Shown here piece after piece: positions 1-12,074 of a stretch of 64,000 nucleotides of DNA. The first letter of the stretch is position 1, and each line of letters starts with the position of its first letter. The notes under the pieces were generated by a model. The model did no database searches and was not told where the DNA came from. It saw nothing but the letters and a program-made list of their open reading frames with translations. A program made the translations under genes and the position numbers. This DNA comes from Dimorphilus gyrociliatus (Eukaryota; Animalia; Annelida): NCBI GenBank assembly GCA_904063045.1, contig CAJFCJ010000008.1, positions 558,001 to 622,000 of the forward strand, given 5' to 3'.

Positions 1-443
1 ACAAAGAGAAGTTTAAAGTATTACTACTTAAATGTGTATACAAAATGACCGACCCACATAGACAGGCAATTGAATCATCATAAGGTGAATATGATTTATA
101 TTTCGTCAAAATGAAAAATCTATGTTAAATGTGTAAAAATAAAGTATTAGATCCGAAAACTTATTAGTATATAAGTAAAATCTTTTAATAAAACTCTCCA
201 TGTTGTAGTTATGGTCACAAAGATTATATTATATAACAATAGAGAATATGGATAAACTTGTAAAATAAAATAGTCTGTTGTAATTGCACAATTTGTATTA
301 AATCTAATATTTTTCAAAAGCAATCCATCAAAATGAATACATTAAGCTTCATGAAGTAAAAATATCAATTTAAAACTAATTCTAGTAAGCAGAAAATTGT
401 AGAATCATCGCAGGCAAAAATTTAAATAATTGAAAGATGTCTC

Positions 444-1604
444 CTATGGCCTGACATATCTTCCAAAGAACAAGGGTGTTCCAGAAGACGAATGCACAAT
501 TGAAAATAAGAAAGGCCTGTTAGCCCTAAATTCTGGATTGACTGCGGCACATCTAAGACTCATTACAGCAGCAGTTGCGGCGGCTGCTTCACTACCTTCC
601 TCATTTACTTCCAAGAATGCTTTATGTACTGCACTGCTTACAAAAAGATCCTTGGTACCTGTCATAAGGCTAAGATCAGCAAGCTTTTCGTCAAAAACGT
701 CTTTGAGACCTAGTTGGGGCAAAACGGCTTCTAATTCAAGTTTTGTTTCCAGGCGAAACTTTGGGAAAAAAACAGAAATTTTCTCCTCAGTATACGAGAA
801 ATGACCTCGCATGTTGGATAGTATATCAATATTCAATTTGTTTTGCAATTCATTCAAAGCGAACAGTCCACCTTGCTGGTGAGGCAAAGGTAGGAATACA
901 AGCATCTTGAAGTTTGGATTTTTGTAAGGAAGCTCAAGAACTTGGATATTTAGATTCGAGCTATAGCCAAGTCGATACTTTCCAGATCTATACATCATTC
1001 GCGTTTCTACCTTTTCGTCTTTAGTGATCATGAAATTCATAATTTGAGTAGCCCGTTCGTCAAATTTTTCAGCCCAATCAGCTTTGAAATAGACTGCATT
1101 TACAAGTATCATACGAGTAAGTGCAGTAACTGCATCCTCCTTTAAAAGATTCTTGATTTTACCCTTTGTTATATCTTCAACCCATTTATTCAAATCTTGA
1201 ACTATTTTGCTCTTTTCAGATGATGCAAAATTCACTCTAATTGGGTCTTGTTCGTAGAAATTTTTCAGACTGTGTATAAAATCTTGTAGAAAAGTATACT
1301 TCTCTTGTGCAAGAATTCTATTGGCAACATTCAATTCAATGTTATTCTGTCCTCTAAAAAGTTTCGAAATTTCAAGCATTTCCTTGTGAACATCTTCAGT
1401 ACTGTTGAAAGACCCAAAACTGAATATATCTTCTAGTTGTTTTTGTGATTCACCGGCAGATCCAAGAAAAATCATTCCAAAAACGGTTGACAGTGATATA
1501 GGACTGAAAAATATATTTTCAGTATCCTTAGATAAATGCTTTAAAAGGCATAAAGAAAAGTTTAAGTTAGCCGTAGCTAGGTTTGAAGTAACACACGAAG
1601 CCAT
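444..1604 (-). CDS. Serpin, intracellular (clade B-like) inhibitory type, single exon, 386 aa
   Basis: Serpin motifs NIFFSPISL, NAVYFKADW, LELPY, hinge EEGSEAAAATA, RCL ...VMSLR-CAAV, C-terminal FRANRPFLF...FFGRY. No signal peptide. Confidence 0.95.
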   Translation of the reverse strand: MASCVTSNLATANLNFSLCLLKHLSKDTENIFFSPISLSTVFGMIFLGSAGESQKQLEDIFSFGSFNSTEDVHKEMLEISKLFRGQNNIELNVANRILAQEKYTFLQDFIHSLKNFYEQDPIRVNFASSEKSKIVQDLNKWVEDITKGKIKNLLKEDAVTALTRMILVNAVYFKADWAEKFDERATQIMNFMITKDEKVETRMMYRSGKYRLGYSSNLNIQVLELPYKNPNFKMLVFLPLPHQQGGLFALNELQNKLNIDILSNMRGHFSYTEEKISVFFPKFRLETKLELEAVLPQLGLKDVFDEKLADLSLMTGTKDLFVSSAVHKAFLEVNEEGSEAAAATAAVMSLRCAAVNPEFRANRPFLFSIVHSSSGTPLFFGRYVRP

Positions 1605-2248
1605 TTTGTTTCTCCTACTAATATCTGATAAGAACTGCAGTTGTCAGGTAAAATCGATTATTATCAGGAAGAGATTTTTTTATGAATATTTATGATTTAT
1701 GTACACGTAGAGGTCCATATTTCGTAATATGTCATAAGAAGAGTAATATTGAATTGTGTTAGCCTATGTTTATAAGTCGCGAAAAGAGGGATTCGAACGA
1801 AACTTAGAAAGGTCTTTCGTAATCATACCATAAATTAATGTTTCCGTACATTCTAAACGTAATAGTACTGATCTCTGCAAACACAGATAAAAAGATATAT
1901 ACTTATTTCTTAGCTTTCCTAAACTTTAAAAAGTTAACTCCTAAAAGAATACATATAAATTGTATTAGATTTATTTGGTCTTTAAAGTTAGATAAGAGTT
2001 TGAAAATGAACCATTTCATTCTTTTCAGGTGATGAGAAAATAGCGTTTCTCTTATCGTTCAATGGCAATTAAATAAGTTAAAGGAAAATTATTAAATTAA
2101 AGAATAGAACTTTCATGTAGCCTTCAAACTGATAATGCACGCTGTTTAATATTAGTAACTGTTTTCATTATACTTTCTAAGTATTATTTATTTTTTGCAA
2201 GTGAAAGTTTTGTAACAGCTACAAATTTAATAGCCTATTCTGTATAAT

Positions 2249-4381
2249 TTAAGGAAAAACAGCCTTGCCAGTTTTTCTATCCAGAACCTTTTCAAAATAT
2301 TTAGGAGATAAAACACCATCCTTATCTCCAGGACAAAGGATCACGTTATTTGCAGAGATAAAAAATTTGATCCCGTCTGTAATTTTTAATTATAAATAAA
2401 TTTCATAAATACTGTTAAAAGTATAAGATACAACCTGCAAGAGCTAACTTCCAGTTGATATAAATAGTGACGTCACACGAAGATCTCATACCTGTGAAGT
2501 ATATTTTCAATTTTTACAAGATAAGAGAAACTTAAAAGAACCCTCAAATGAATTATACACTGACCACTTATTACTTGATTCCTTGATGGATCACTTTCAG
2601 CGAAATGAATATGATTTCTACGTTGACGTTTCAATCCTTCCTTCTCAATCAATTTCCAAAATTTCCAATAAGTTCCATGTATTACAGAGCGTAAATTTGT
2701 GTCTACAGTGACCTCTTCTAATTCTAAGTTTTCTACATTTAAAGAGTGTCCTTGATTAGCCCTAATTTTTAGTTGATTGGTTGTCTCATCAGTCGTCATA
2801 TAAAACCTTTGTTTTTCATTGTTCTCAACAATTCGTTTTATATCCATTTCCGTTATTTCGTTCTTAACAAACTCACGTAGGTTAAGAATTTCATTAACAA
2901 ATAAGAATCCACCTTGTAAAGAAAGATTACGTTTTTAGACAGTAATTAAAAAAACATCAACAAACCAGAATCCAATTTTAAACCACAATTTTCAGCATTA
3001 TGTCTTAGAATACTAGATAATTTTTTGGAAATCATAACATCAACTGGTGTTTCTTTATGTGCTCTTTTAAAAATACGAATCTGGGCTTTATTTGTGCTGC
3101 CTTCTACTTCAAGTTCGAATTTCGGATTTCGATTTGCTATTTCTTTTATTGTTTGTTGACTTATATTTATATTAGTTTCTATATCTTCCAAATATACAAA
3201 ACCTTCAAAAGATTTTAAATCTTATCTATACTAATATATCCTTAATTAGTAATTAACTATAGTCGACTTACCCTGATATTGAGAGACATGATAACGTTTA
3301 CAACCATAATTTAAGAAATTAACAAGCTTTTCTTCCATTTCCTTTAGATTTGTCTAATGAGTCCGTCATAAAAAATAATTATAATTCATAGATATAAATA
3401 TTATACTTATTTAACCTGTTCATCTTGACGAGGAAGCTTTGCATTGGGTTCCGTAGAAAGTCCTTTCCTCTTGTTACGATTATCTTTATCAGAAATTTTA
3501 GTATCACTAATTACTACTGGTACAATTTCGGCTTGCGCCTCCATTGAGTCTTCTTTTTCAGTCTTCTTCTCGCCAACCTATAGACGCAAAAAAAATATTT
3601 TCATAACTACTTTTTATGAATCAGGATTTGTCTGTTGTTACCTTAATCATATTGCCTTTAATTTCGAATTCATCTTTAATGAAACTATTAAGAGAATCCC
3701 AATCAAATTCTTTTTTTTGTTCCGATGCTACGCTTTTAAACTTTTGTAAGTCGATATAGCCTTCTTTGTTTGGTTTAAATTTGCGTTCTATGTATCCCTT
3801 TGTTGTCATATGCTTTAAAAAGCCCAGAACCTTTTTCTGTAAAGTAATTAGTTAGTAGGGAATAGAAAAAATTAGTTTTAAATTCCTACTTTCTGTTTTT
3901 CTAGATTCATAGATTCTTTTTCTTCAATAGCATGCTCTTTATCACTAGATTTAGTATCTGTCTTTTTGTTATTTTTCTTGCCAAAGTTGGAGAATTCTTC
4001 CTCATGAGCACTTAAATAAATGTATTCTTCACTTACTCGATATTCTACTGAATCTTCTAATGCAGAGACAAAATGTTCTTCATAATTATTCTTTCTCAGA
4101 AAAGGACGAATATTATCAATTTTTACAGCATCTGGGAAGAACAATACTTAATATTAAATGAAAGAATTGTAAAATTATTTAAACTAACATTTTTTATGAA
4201 GCGGTATTTTATCTGGGTTGTTTTCGAATATTTCCTTCAGATGTTTAGAAATCTTTTCTAAAAACTGAGAAATATACTCATCGTTTTAATATCAATGTAT
4301 AAAAGTAATGCTACCTCAATCTTCCTTCTTCCGGACAGATTAGACTTGCTCATGGCTACAATTCGATAGTAAGTAGGTAAC
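2249..4381 (-). CDS. TRPT1: tRNA 2'-phosphotransferase (Tpt1/KptA family) with a long N-terminal extension; multi-exon; 5' end unresolved (may extend to ATG at 4744)
   Basis: Catalytic part has SKKLSSILRH, KQRF, IRANQGHS, IHGT, RRNHIHFA, and last exon DGIKFFISANNVILCPG...PKYF, stop TAA at 2249-2251. Upstream exons from about 4264 down to 3200 join by GT-AG introns in consistent phase. Confidence 0.85.
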
Positions 4382-4806
4382 TTTAAAATTCGATTAATTT
4401 TTTTGGGCTGAGGAATCTTAAAATATGTCGATCCTTTCAGTTTTCCTTTCGTTATGAAAGATAGTTTAACACATGGTCAACTACTAGTCTGGTTGGTGGT
4501 GAAGCGACGTAGAACAGGAATCCTTATGAATATAGAGCTCGGTTCGAAATTCTTTACGCATGCGTGTGGCCGACATCTTGTGATCGGATGTCAGAAATTG
4601 AATTTTATCGGATTTTTCAACATTCCAGGACTTGAGTCTACTTTTCAAAACTGGCAGTTGAACAATTTTACTTCTAATTAAATTTCTATCAAGTCCACTT
4701 TGTCCAAGAAAAAAGACAGTTGAAGATTGCACTCTATTTGTCATTGTCTACTGTATTTTTCTTAAAAATGATGCAGATTTAACTCTTAATTCTTATTCTT
4801 AATATC

Positions 4807-7800
4807 ATGGATGTGATAGAAATTGTCCCACTAGATGATTATATTGGGAATATAAAAGAGGTAAATTTTTTTTTAAGATAATGATTAATGGATGATTAGT
4901 TTCATAAATATTTGGATAATACAAGTAGGCAATTTTTGGATTAACTATTAATTATTTCAGGCAAAATTATGCGCTTCAGTCAAATGGCTTATATCGAAAG
5001 CATTTCCAGATGGAAAAATTCCCTCTGATTTGCAAGAACCGTTCGAGTCGGACCAAAATGTTTGTATTTTCTTTTGAATACACTTATTTTCAATAGATAT
5101 TCTAACTTATGCACACTGTACAGCTATTAGCTGTAATGTAAACAAACAAAGTACAATGCTAGGAAAAAAAACTGAAATATGCTTTATTTTTTACTTTATA
5201 TAAATGAAGAATAAAAACATGTTTTGTTTACTTTCCCCTAGGGTTCACAAAGAATGAAACAGACTGTTGTTAAGCAGTTGGTCAGCTCGAATTTGTACTG
5301 CAGAACTTGCGCGCATATATTTGGTAATTCTTTGCAGGAATATGAAGGAAGAGGTACTATCCAATAACCTTAAACATAAGTTTATACAAAAGGCGGATTT
5401 TACGTAGGTCACTCCAGCGTCTTTCAAATGCTGTCGAGGAAAGGATTTTACGTTGTCGCCCCAAATGAATCTAATGTGACTGAACAAGTTTTATCGCAAC
5501 CGGCACCGTTTAAAGTGGTACGTAAAGTTCAATTAATGAATGACTTTAAACATATTTATATAGTTTTCTATGAAATACATTTTCTCTCTTATCAGGGAGC
5601 TCATATCGCAATGATGGACAGTTTAATGATGGCTTACGCATCACAAACGAGTCCAGTTGAAAAAGTTATTACAGCCGTCAAGTAAGTTCAATAACACTAT
5701 CATGCTATATATGTACAAATATATATATTTGTATAAAATATGTGCTTTTTCTGTAAGAAATTGCGTTTAAATCTTTAATTAAATATGAAAGTTTCAACTA
5801 TAGTGAAGATAATATTAAGAGTTTATATTTTTGTATAATTTTAGGAGATTTGCAACAGTAAAAGCCTCTTCGGAATTACCATTTGATGTTGAAGATGGTC
5901 TTATCTTTTGGATGAATAAAATCGCTGGAGTTATTAGAAATAGATTAAACGTCGAAGATGAAAACTTTCTAATTTTACAGCAGTTAGGTGATATGACGGA
6001 CGGATGTAATTTAGCGGCTATTTTGGCTCACTATCAAACTTCGTTTAAATTGCAAGGTATGAATTACTAATGCTTGTGATGTTTTTTATTTTATAATAGA
6101 CCACAAATCCATTTAACAAAAAACATTGCAGACGCTATATTTAGAAGATCTCTAGATATTGCCGATTCGTTGTATAACCTAGAACAGATCTTAAGCTGGT
6201 GTGATAAAAATATAGGTAGGTAAAAAAAAACATCAATTTTCAACAAAATATATAAATACTATATTGAATACTTCAATAGAAACTATACCATTGAATCTGA
6301 ACGATCTGTTTTATTGTGAACCGATTATGAGGCCAAATATTATTGCATTTATAGCTGAGTTATTTAATTATTTTGAAGGAGATCGTAATCAGCAAGGTAA
6401 GAAATAGAAATGCAATTTTTGGCCTCGTTAAAAATTAATTTTTGAATTGCAGTTAGAAAACGTCCTGCATCTGCTAATTTTGTAAAACCGCCGATAAGCG
6501 AAGCAACAAAGAAAAGTTTTCGTCAAAACTATGTAGGAGGCGATGGCAATAGGACTGAATCTCCAGTCGAAATTCACAATGCTGCCGAAAAGTAAATATA
6601 TTCTATATTTATAGTTTTTCTTTGTAATTTTCTAGTTTAACAGGCGAATGCTCGGTAAAAAATTTTTACAAAAATTCCCATGGAGGTTTTAATAGTGAAA
6701 AGGGCTTGAAGAAACTTTTCAAATCTGTTATATTAATTTTTCGTTTTTATTCCACAGTAAACAAAGTCCACTATTGCCTTTGAGAAAAACAAGCCAAGAT
6801 ATTCCAAAGCAAGCCTGGCCTCAGGAGGGAAACTCTCTATTAGATCAAGTTGATATATCGAATGACTATGATCTAGAATCTCCAGAACCACTCATACCTG
6901 CTCGAAAGAAGGAGGTTAAGGAAACGCGAAGTGTCACTAAATCGTCTGAAAGAGGCGAAGAGAAGAAACGACGTGTTCCAAAAAATTTGCCTCTGAAACC
7001 TGAAGAATCAAGCGACTCCTCTCCTGGATCTGAAGAGTACAAAACACCTATTGTTGAAAATGCTCCACTAAGTTTCAATAATGCTTCAACGGATGAAATT
7101 GTACATGAAAATTTATTTCAAGAATCGCCGTTGGATCGAATGAGAACTGATAGGGCCAGCTTTGTATTACATAATAAGGTGAAAAGTCCTGAAGAAGCTT
7201 CCGCAGCAGGAATTCCAGTTGTCGAAGAGGATAAAGCCAGTCCTGTAACAAGTTTTGCCAAAATTGCTGCTAGTGGTCCCGAAACCCCTAGCGTCGGAAT
7301 AATCGGTAGCTCTGCAAAAAGGAAGAAAAAGAAAACAACAACTTTTTCTCTCCCTAACCAAACTACATGGTCGCAATGCGCTCAAAAAAATAAAGAGGGG
7401 AATTCTGTTAATTCTTCTACAGTGTCTGATTTCGATAATGATAAAAACTCTGGTCTGGCTGCTGAAATACATAATATCAGAATGCGTCTCGATCAGCGTC
7501 GAAAGTTAATCGAGAAAGAAAGGAAGAGGGAAAGGGAGGAAAGAAGCGAAATAAGGCAGCATGTTGGTGACACAGCTTTTAAACAAGTAGTTGGGGTTAA
7601 GAAAGGTGGAGAAAGTGCTCCGGCTTCTCTCATCGGGTCTTTTAATAGTTCCACCGGGAAAGAAATTCCACCGCGTTCCTCGAGTACTCATGACAGGTTA
7701 GACTCCGTAGCAGATGATAAACAGCCTACTGATAACGGCAGTGCTATTGAGTTTTCCCGAAGAGATTCTTTGCTTGAAGATTTTGTTGCGGATAAAACCA

Positions 7801-10800
7801 GAGACAATAAAGGCAAAGGAATTTCGCCAACCATTCCAAATACACAAAGTAATGGTTTACCTAACTTAGAAGAAAATACGAATGATACAGGAAAGTCATT
7901 TTCTCATGTAAACACTCAAAAGACAATAAGCGATGCAAAACAAAGATGGAGCACTGATACGACATCCGAAAATTTTGTAATCCAAACAAATTCATCAGAA
8001 AAAACAGAGCAAAAACAACCCAAAGCATACGGTGCATCTCTTGACAAATTAAATACAAGCATAAAGGAATTACATGGTGAAATCATGAAATTGTCGTTAG
8101 ATAACTCCACAAAACCAAGTCCTGGCAGTGCCAAACAATTACCTTTTGGCTCATTAAGTGAAAAAGGACAGCATTGCTCAGTTCCAGGTCAAATATTTTT
8201 ACCCGATGTTACCAGCTCCCAGAGCCCAAAATCTCAATCCGAAGAAGTTAAAGAAAAGGAGCCTGAACTTCCAAAGAAAATATCGATAGAAACAAAGCAC
8301 GAACCTCATACAACCGTCGAGGAAGCTCTCGAACATATACAAACAAAGGAGGAAAGTAATGAATCGCAACCAACTGGATTTTACGTTGATTTTGGTTCTG
8401 AAAGTACTCCAAAATCCAAAAGAAAACCGAAGTTGACTTCAACGAAAGAAAAGAAAGAAAATAAAGAAAACAACAATCCAAACAACGAAAGTCCGATAAC
8501 GTCCCCAAGACAACAGAAAGAGGAGGAACAAGATGAGAAAGAGGCAGCAAAAGAGGAAGCTACATCAGCTGTTGGCTTTATGGTTGCTGATAATGATTCG
8601 CCGAATGACAGAGATCTAGAGAAGCGAAAACAGCAGCGCATGGAAGCAATTCAAAAAAAGCGAAGAGCAGAGCAAGAGGAAAAACGAAAAAAAATGGAAG
8701 AAGAAAGAGCTCAAAAAGCGTTTGAAACGAGGATGAAGCAAGAGGAGCAGGAAGCTAAACGGGAAAGAGATCGATTGAGAAGAGAGGAGAGACTACAAAC
8801 CTACTTAAGAAAAAAGCAGCAGACTGAAGAAGGAATTGAATCTCCTCCGAAACCTAAGAAGACTGTAAGGCCTCGGCCTAAAAGTCAGGCTTTTGTAGGA
8901 GATCATGATTTAGCCTCCAGAAGAATGGCTAGTAGGTCTCATGAAAACCTGGTCAAAGTATCACCGTCTACTGGTAGGACGGGAGAGGGTCATGGTGATG
9001 AAGCTGCCGTAAACCGAGACGCTTACGATTATAGCAATATAGGTGACGATATAAGAAAAGTGAGCTTTGGACGAAGGCCACCTAGTCCATGTAAGTTCAA
9101 CTCTCACTCATCTGCGTTTTACAATGCTTTTAAATTCCGCCTAGCAATTTTAACAAGCTATCATTTTCTAGTTTCCTAACTAAATATCGCACTTAATTTT
9201 CTCTGGATATAAACATATCGATAATCTTTTTAATTAAAAAAAAAGTACAGCTATGTAAAAAAAAAAAGGTTTATTTAATGGGTTTTTTGGAACCTTGTTA
9301 AGAATCACTGAAAAGAGGCACTTTCCTTTTATTGTGATAGAGTCCCTAAAAGAAATTATTGTTTAGACATTTATTTCTTTTTTTTACTATTCTTATTTTT
9401 ACCAAAAAAAAATATTTTTGTCTAGCTTGTTTGAATCCCTACGTTCTTTATATTTTAACAATCTGTTAAATTAATTTTCTTTTTATTTTGCACTGGGCAC
9501 ATTTTTCGCACTTTTATAGTATGCCTGTTGAGAACAAAACGCACTAGTAGTATCAGCAGTAAAAGCGATGTAGAAAAACTGAGAACCAGTCGGTCGGGCC
9601 CTATGAAAGCCATAGCTAGACCAGACTCTTTACCTGGATCTCCTAGAGACGTCGAGAAGTTTATTTTACCCAGCAAGAATTCAAACCTGGTCCACAAGAG
9701 GCATAACAGTTTAAAGGATCTAAGAAACGTTTCCAGGCCTGATTTGTGTTGGTTATTTTTTTACTTTTAAAGCTTCTGCTTTTTTATACCTTACCGCTTT
9801 GCTCATTCCCCATTTATTTCAAGCTGATGTTATATTTGTTATAAAGTTGTAGCTTTATGCATGGCCTTTTTATATTTTTAAGGCATGGCCTCCGTAAATC
9901 CAATTGCGATACGAGCTGGACATCATACTACACAAGTTGTTAAACCACCAATTTCATCTGCACGATTAGAACAGATATCTGCTACTCATGGTATGAAAGT
10001 GCTTTCTATATATACATATATATTCAACATATTATATTAGAAAGGGCTGTTAATTGAGAAATCATTTTGTCCTTAATGGTTGCCAACTCCTATTAAGAGT
10101 ATTTTGAATGATATTTTAACAGCTCTCCTTATTCAATGATATGGGTATCTTTCGGTTTGAAAAGAGCTTTTATTAAATTATTCCCAATAACTTTAACGAT
10201 CTACGTCATTTAAACAGAATTTAGTGATATAATTTCATTTAAAAATTACAGGTAGGAGCAACACTGAAATTGTGGAGCCTAACGATTATACAGGTAATAA
10301 AGAATATTTATTTAGAAGGTTTAATATGAAACGAATCGGAAATTTTTTCCATCAGGTCCGAAGCTCTTCGTGAAGCCTAGTGCTAAGTCGAATAGAAGCA
10401 TCATTATGAACGCCATTAGTCATTGTTGTTTGGCTGGTGATGTCAATAGTGATAAGAAACAAAAAGTTTTAGAGGCTATTGGTCGATCAACGGCTAATCA
10501 TTTTATCATTCTGTTTCGAGGAGTAGGTCAGCAATACAGAGCCCTTTATTCATACTTTCCAGAAACAGAAGATATTATTAAAGTCAGTGGAATAGGTCCA
10601 TCACCTCTAACAAATAAGATGATGGATGGATTTTATAAGTAAGCTATTGAACTTGATTTAGTTTACAAGGTTAATCTTAATTCTCATCAGGTACAATTCT
10701 GGAGGAAAAAGTTTCACTCGAATTGAAACTACCAAACATATTTCTGTATCAATTGATGCCGTAACAATACAAAATTGTTATTGGCAAAAGCGGCAATCTT

Positions 10801-10838
10801 CCACTTCGTCTGCGACCAGAAAACATCAATTATTTTGA
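4807..10838 (+). CDS. CAMSAP: CAMSAP/Patronin microtubule minus-end binding protein (CH domain, coiled coils, C-terminal CKK domain), multi-exon
   Basis: N-terminus MDVIEIVPLDDY...AKLCASVKWLISKAF, AHIAMMDSLMMAY, ELPFDVEDGLIFWMNK (CH region). CKK: KSNRSIIMNAISHCCLAGDVN...FIILFRG...QYRALY...YNSGGKSF...ISVSIDAVTI. Stop TGA at 10836-10838. Confidence 0.93.
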
Positions 10839-11272
10839 TTGCTTAATGCGTTTTCCCACATTCCTTATCCGCTTTAAAACTGCCATTTTAAAAAATAGGA
10901 AATGCGTGAAGAACTCTTTTTTTTAACTTCAAAACGACGTCTCACGACAGGGCAAGCTGGCTTATTTTTTTAAAACCTTTGGTTTTTTCATACAATCTTT
11001 TAGTCACCATTTAATGCAGGTGCGAAACATGTGTTTTAGCGCGCCTTTTTGGAGTGATTAGTTACTAACGAACTTTTAAGGATATTAAAGGTGCTACGAG
11101 TGCAAGTGTTTATGTATAGTTAACTTATTAATTTGCTCTATTTGTTTTTCTTTTGAATTCAATAAATACTAATGTATTTGGTACAGTTGACTTGTGCTAT
11201 TTTTAAAATTAGAGCTTCTTTATCAATTAATTCTTCAATCGTCAAATTGTATTCGAAACCACAATGACAAAA

Positions 11273-11909
11273 TTAACGATAAGATTTCTGGTATCTGGCT
11301 CTTGCTCCTGGACCTCCAAACTTTTTGGGTTCGCATCTACGTGGATCGGCAACCAGAAGAGATTTGTCGTATTGAACCAGAATATCCTTAATTTCCTTCT
11401 TAGAAGCCTCGTCAACATATTTCTGGTAGTAAGCAACTAACGACTTGGAGATAGCTTGTCTAATAGCATAGACTTGAGCTACATGACCACCACCATTAAC
11501 GCGAACTCTGTAAACGATTAACGTAATATTATAAGACCTTGAATGTTAAGAAACTGATAAAAAAAATTCGCGTATTAAAATCAGGAATAAAACTATTAAA
11601 CCATTCTTACAACAAAAGCGAAGTATTTCTTGTTTTTATATTTCACAATTATACTATATATTCGAACATAAAACTGAAATTAGACCAAAAAAAATCATCA
11701 TACCTAATATCCACGCCGCTAAAGCGCTCCTTGCCCAACAACAGAATGGGTTCTTCCAATTTCGCTCTTAAAATTTGTGGTTCAACCAAGTGAATGGGTC
11801 TGCCGTTGATTTTTATTAAACCTCTTCCACTTTTACAGTGGGAGACGGCGGTTGCGGTCTTTTTACGGCCAAAACACTGCACGTGTTGGATTTGCTGTCG
11901 TGTCGCCAT
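11273..11909 (-). CDS. RPS16: 40S ribosomal protein S16 (uS9), two exons (intron 11508-11703)
   Basis: [13 protein letters not shown]...GLIKINGRP...[33 protein letters not shown]...[24 protein letters not shown]. Confidence 0.98.
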
Positions 11910-11912
11910 TTT

Positions 11913-11928
11913 GGAAAGGAAGAAAAGG
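11913..11928 (-). promoter_or_regulatory. Pyrimidine tract (TCT initiator / 5'TOP-like) just upstream of the RPS16 start codon
   Basis: Minus strand reads CCTTTTCTTCCTTTCC, ending 3 nt before the ATG. Such tracts are typical of ribosomal protein gene start sites. Confidence 0.6.
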
Positions 11929-12074
11929 ACGGATGCGGAAAAAGAACTCGTGGCGCCGCCACGCAGTGAAAAGATGTCTGTTAATGTGACTCATTGTGGG
12001 GGAATCTATAGGGTATCCCATGTTAATCCGACTGGTTGCCTGCGTCATCCACGGCCAGGAAAGGAACGGACAAC

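Noticed and set aside
1-83. Possible tail of a gene at the window start (ATGACCGACCCACAT...TAA)
   Set aside because: Too short to assign, with no motif.
1786-1800. Minus-strand GTTCGAATCC resembling a tRNA T-loop / B-box followed by TTTT
   Set aside because: No T-stem pairing, acceptor stem or A-box, so it is not a tRNA.
4320-4690. Minus-strand frame interrupted only by TGA codons (possible selenoprotein or readthrough)
   Set aside because: No recognisable selenoprotein motif or SECIS, and the pattern is plausible by chance.
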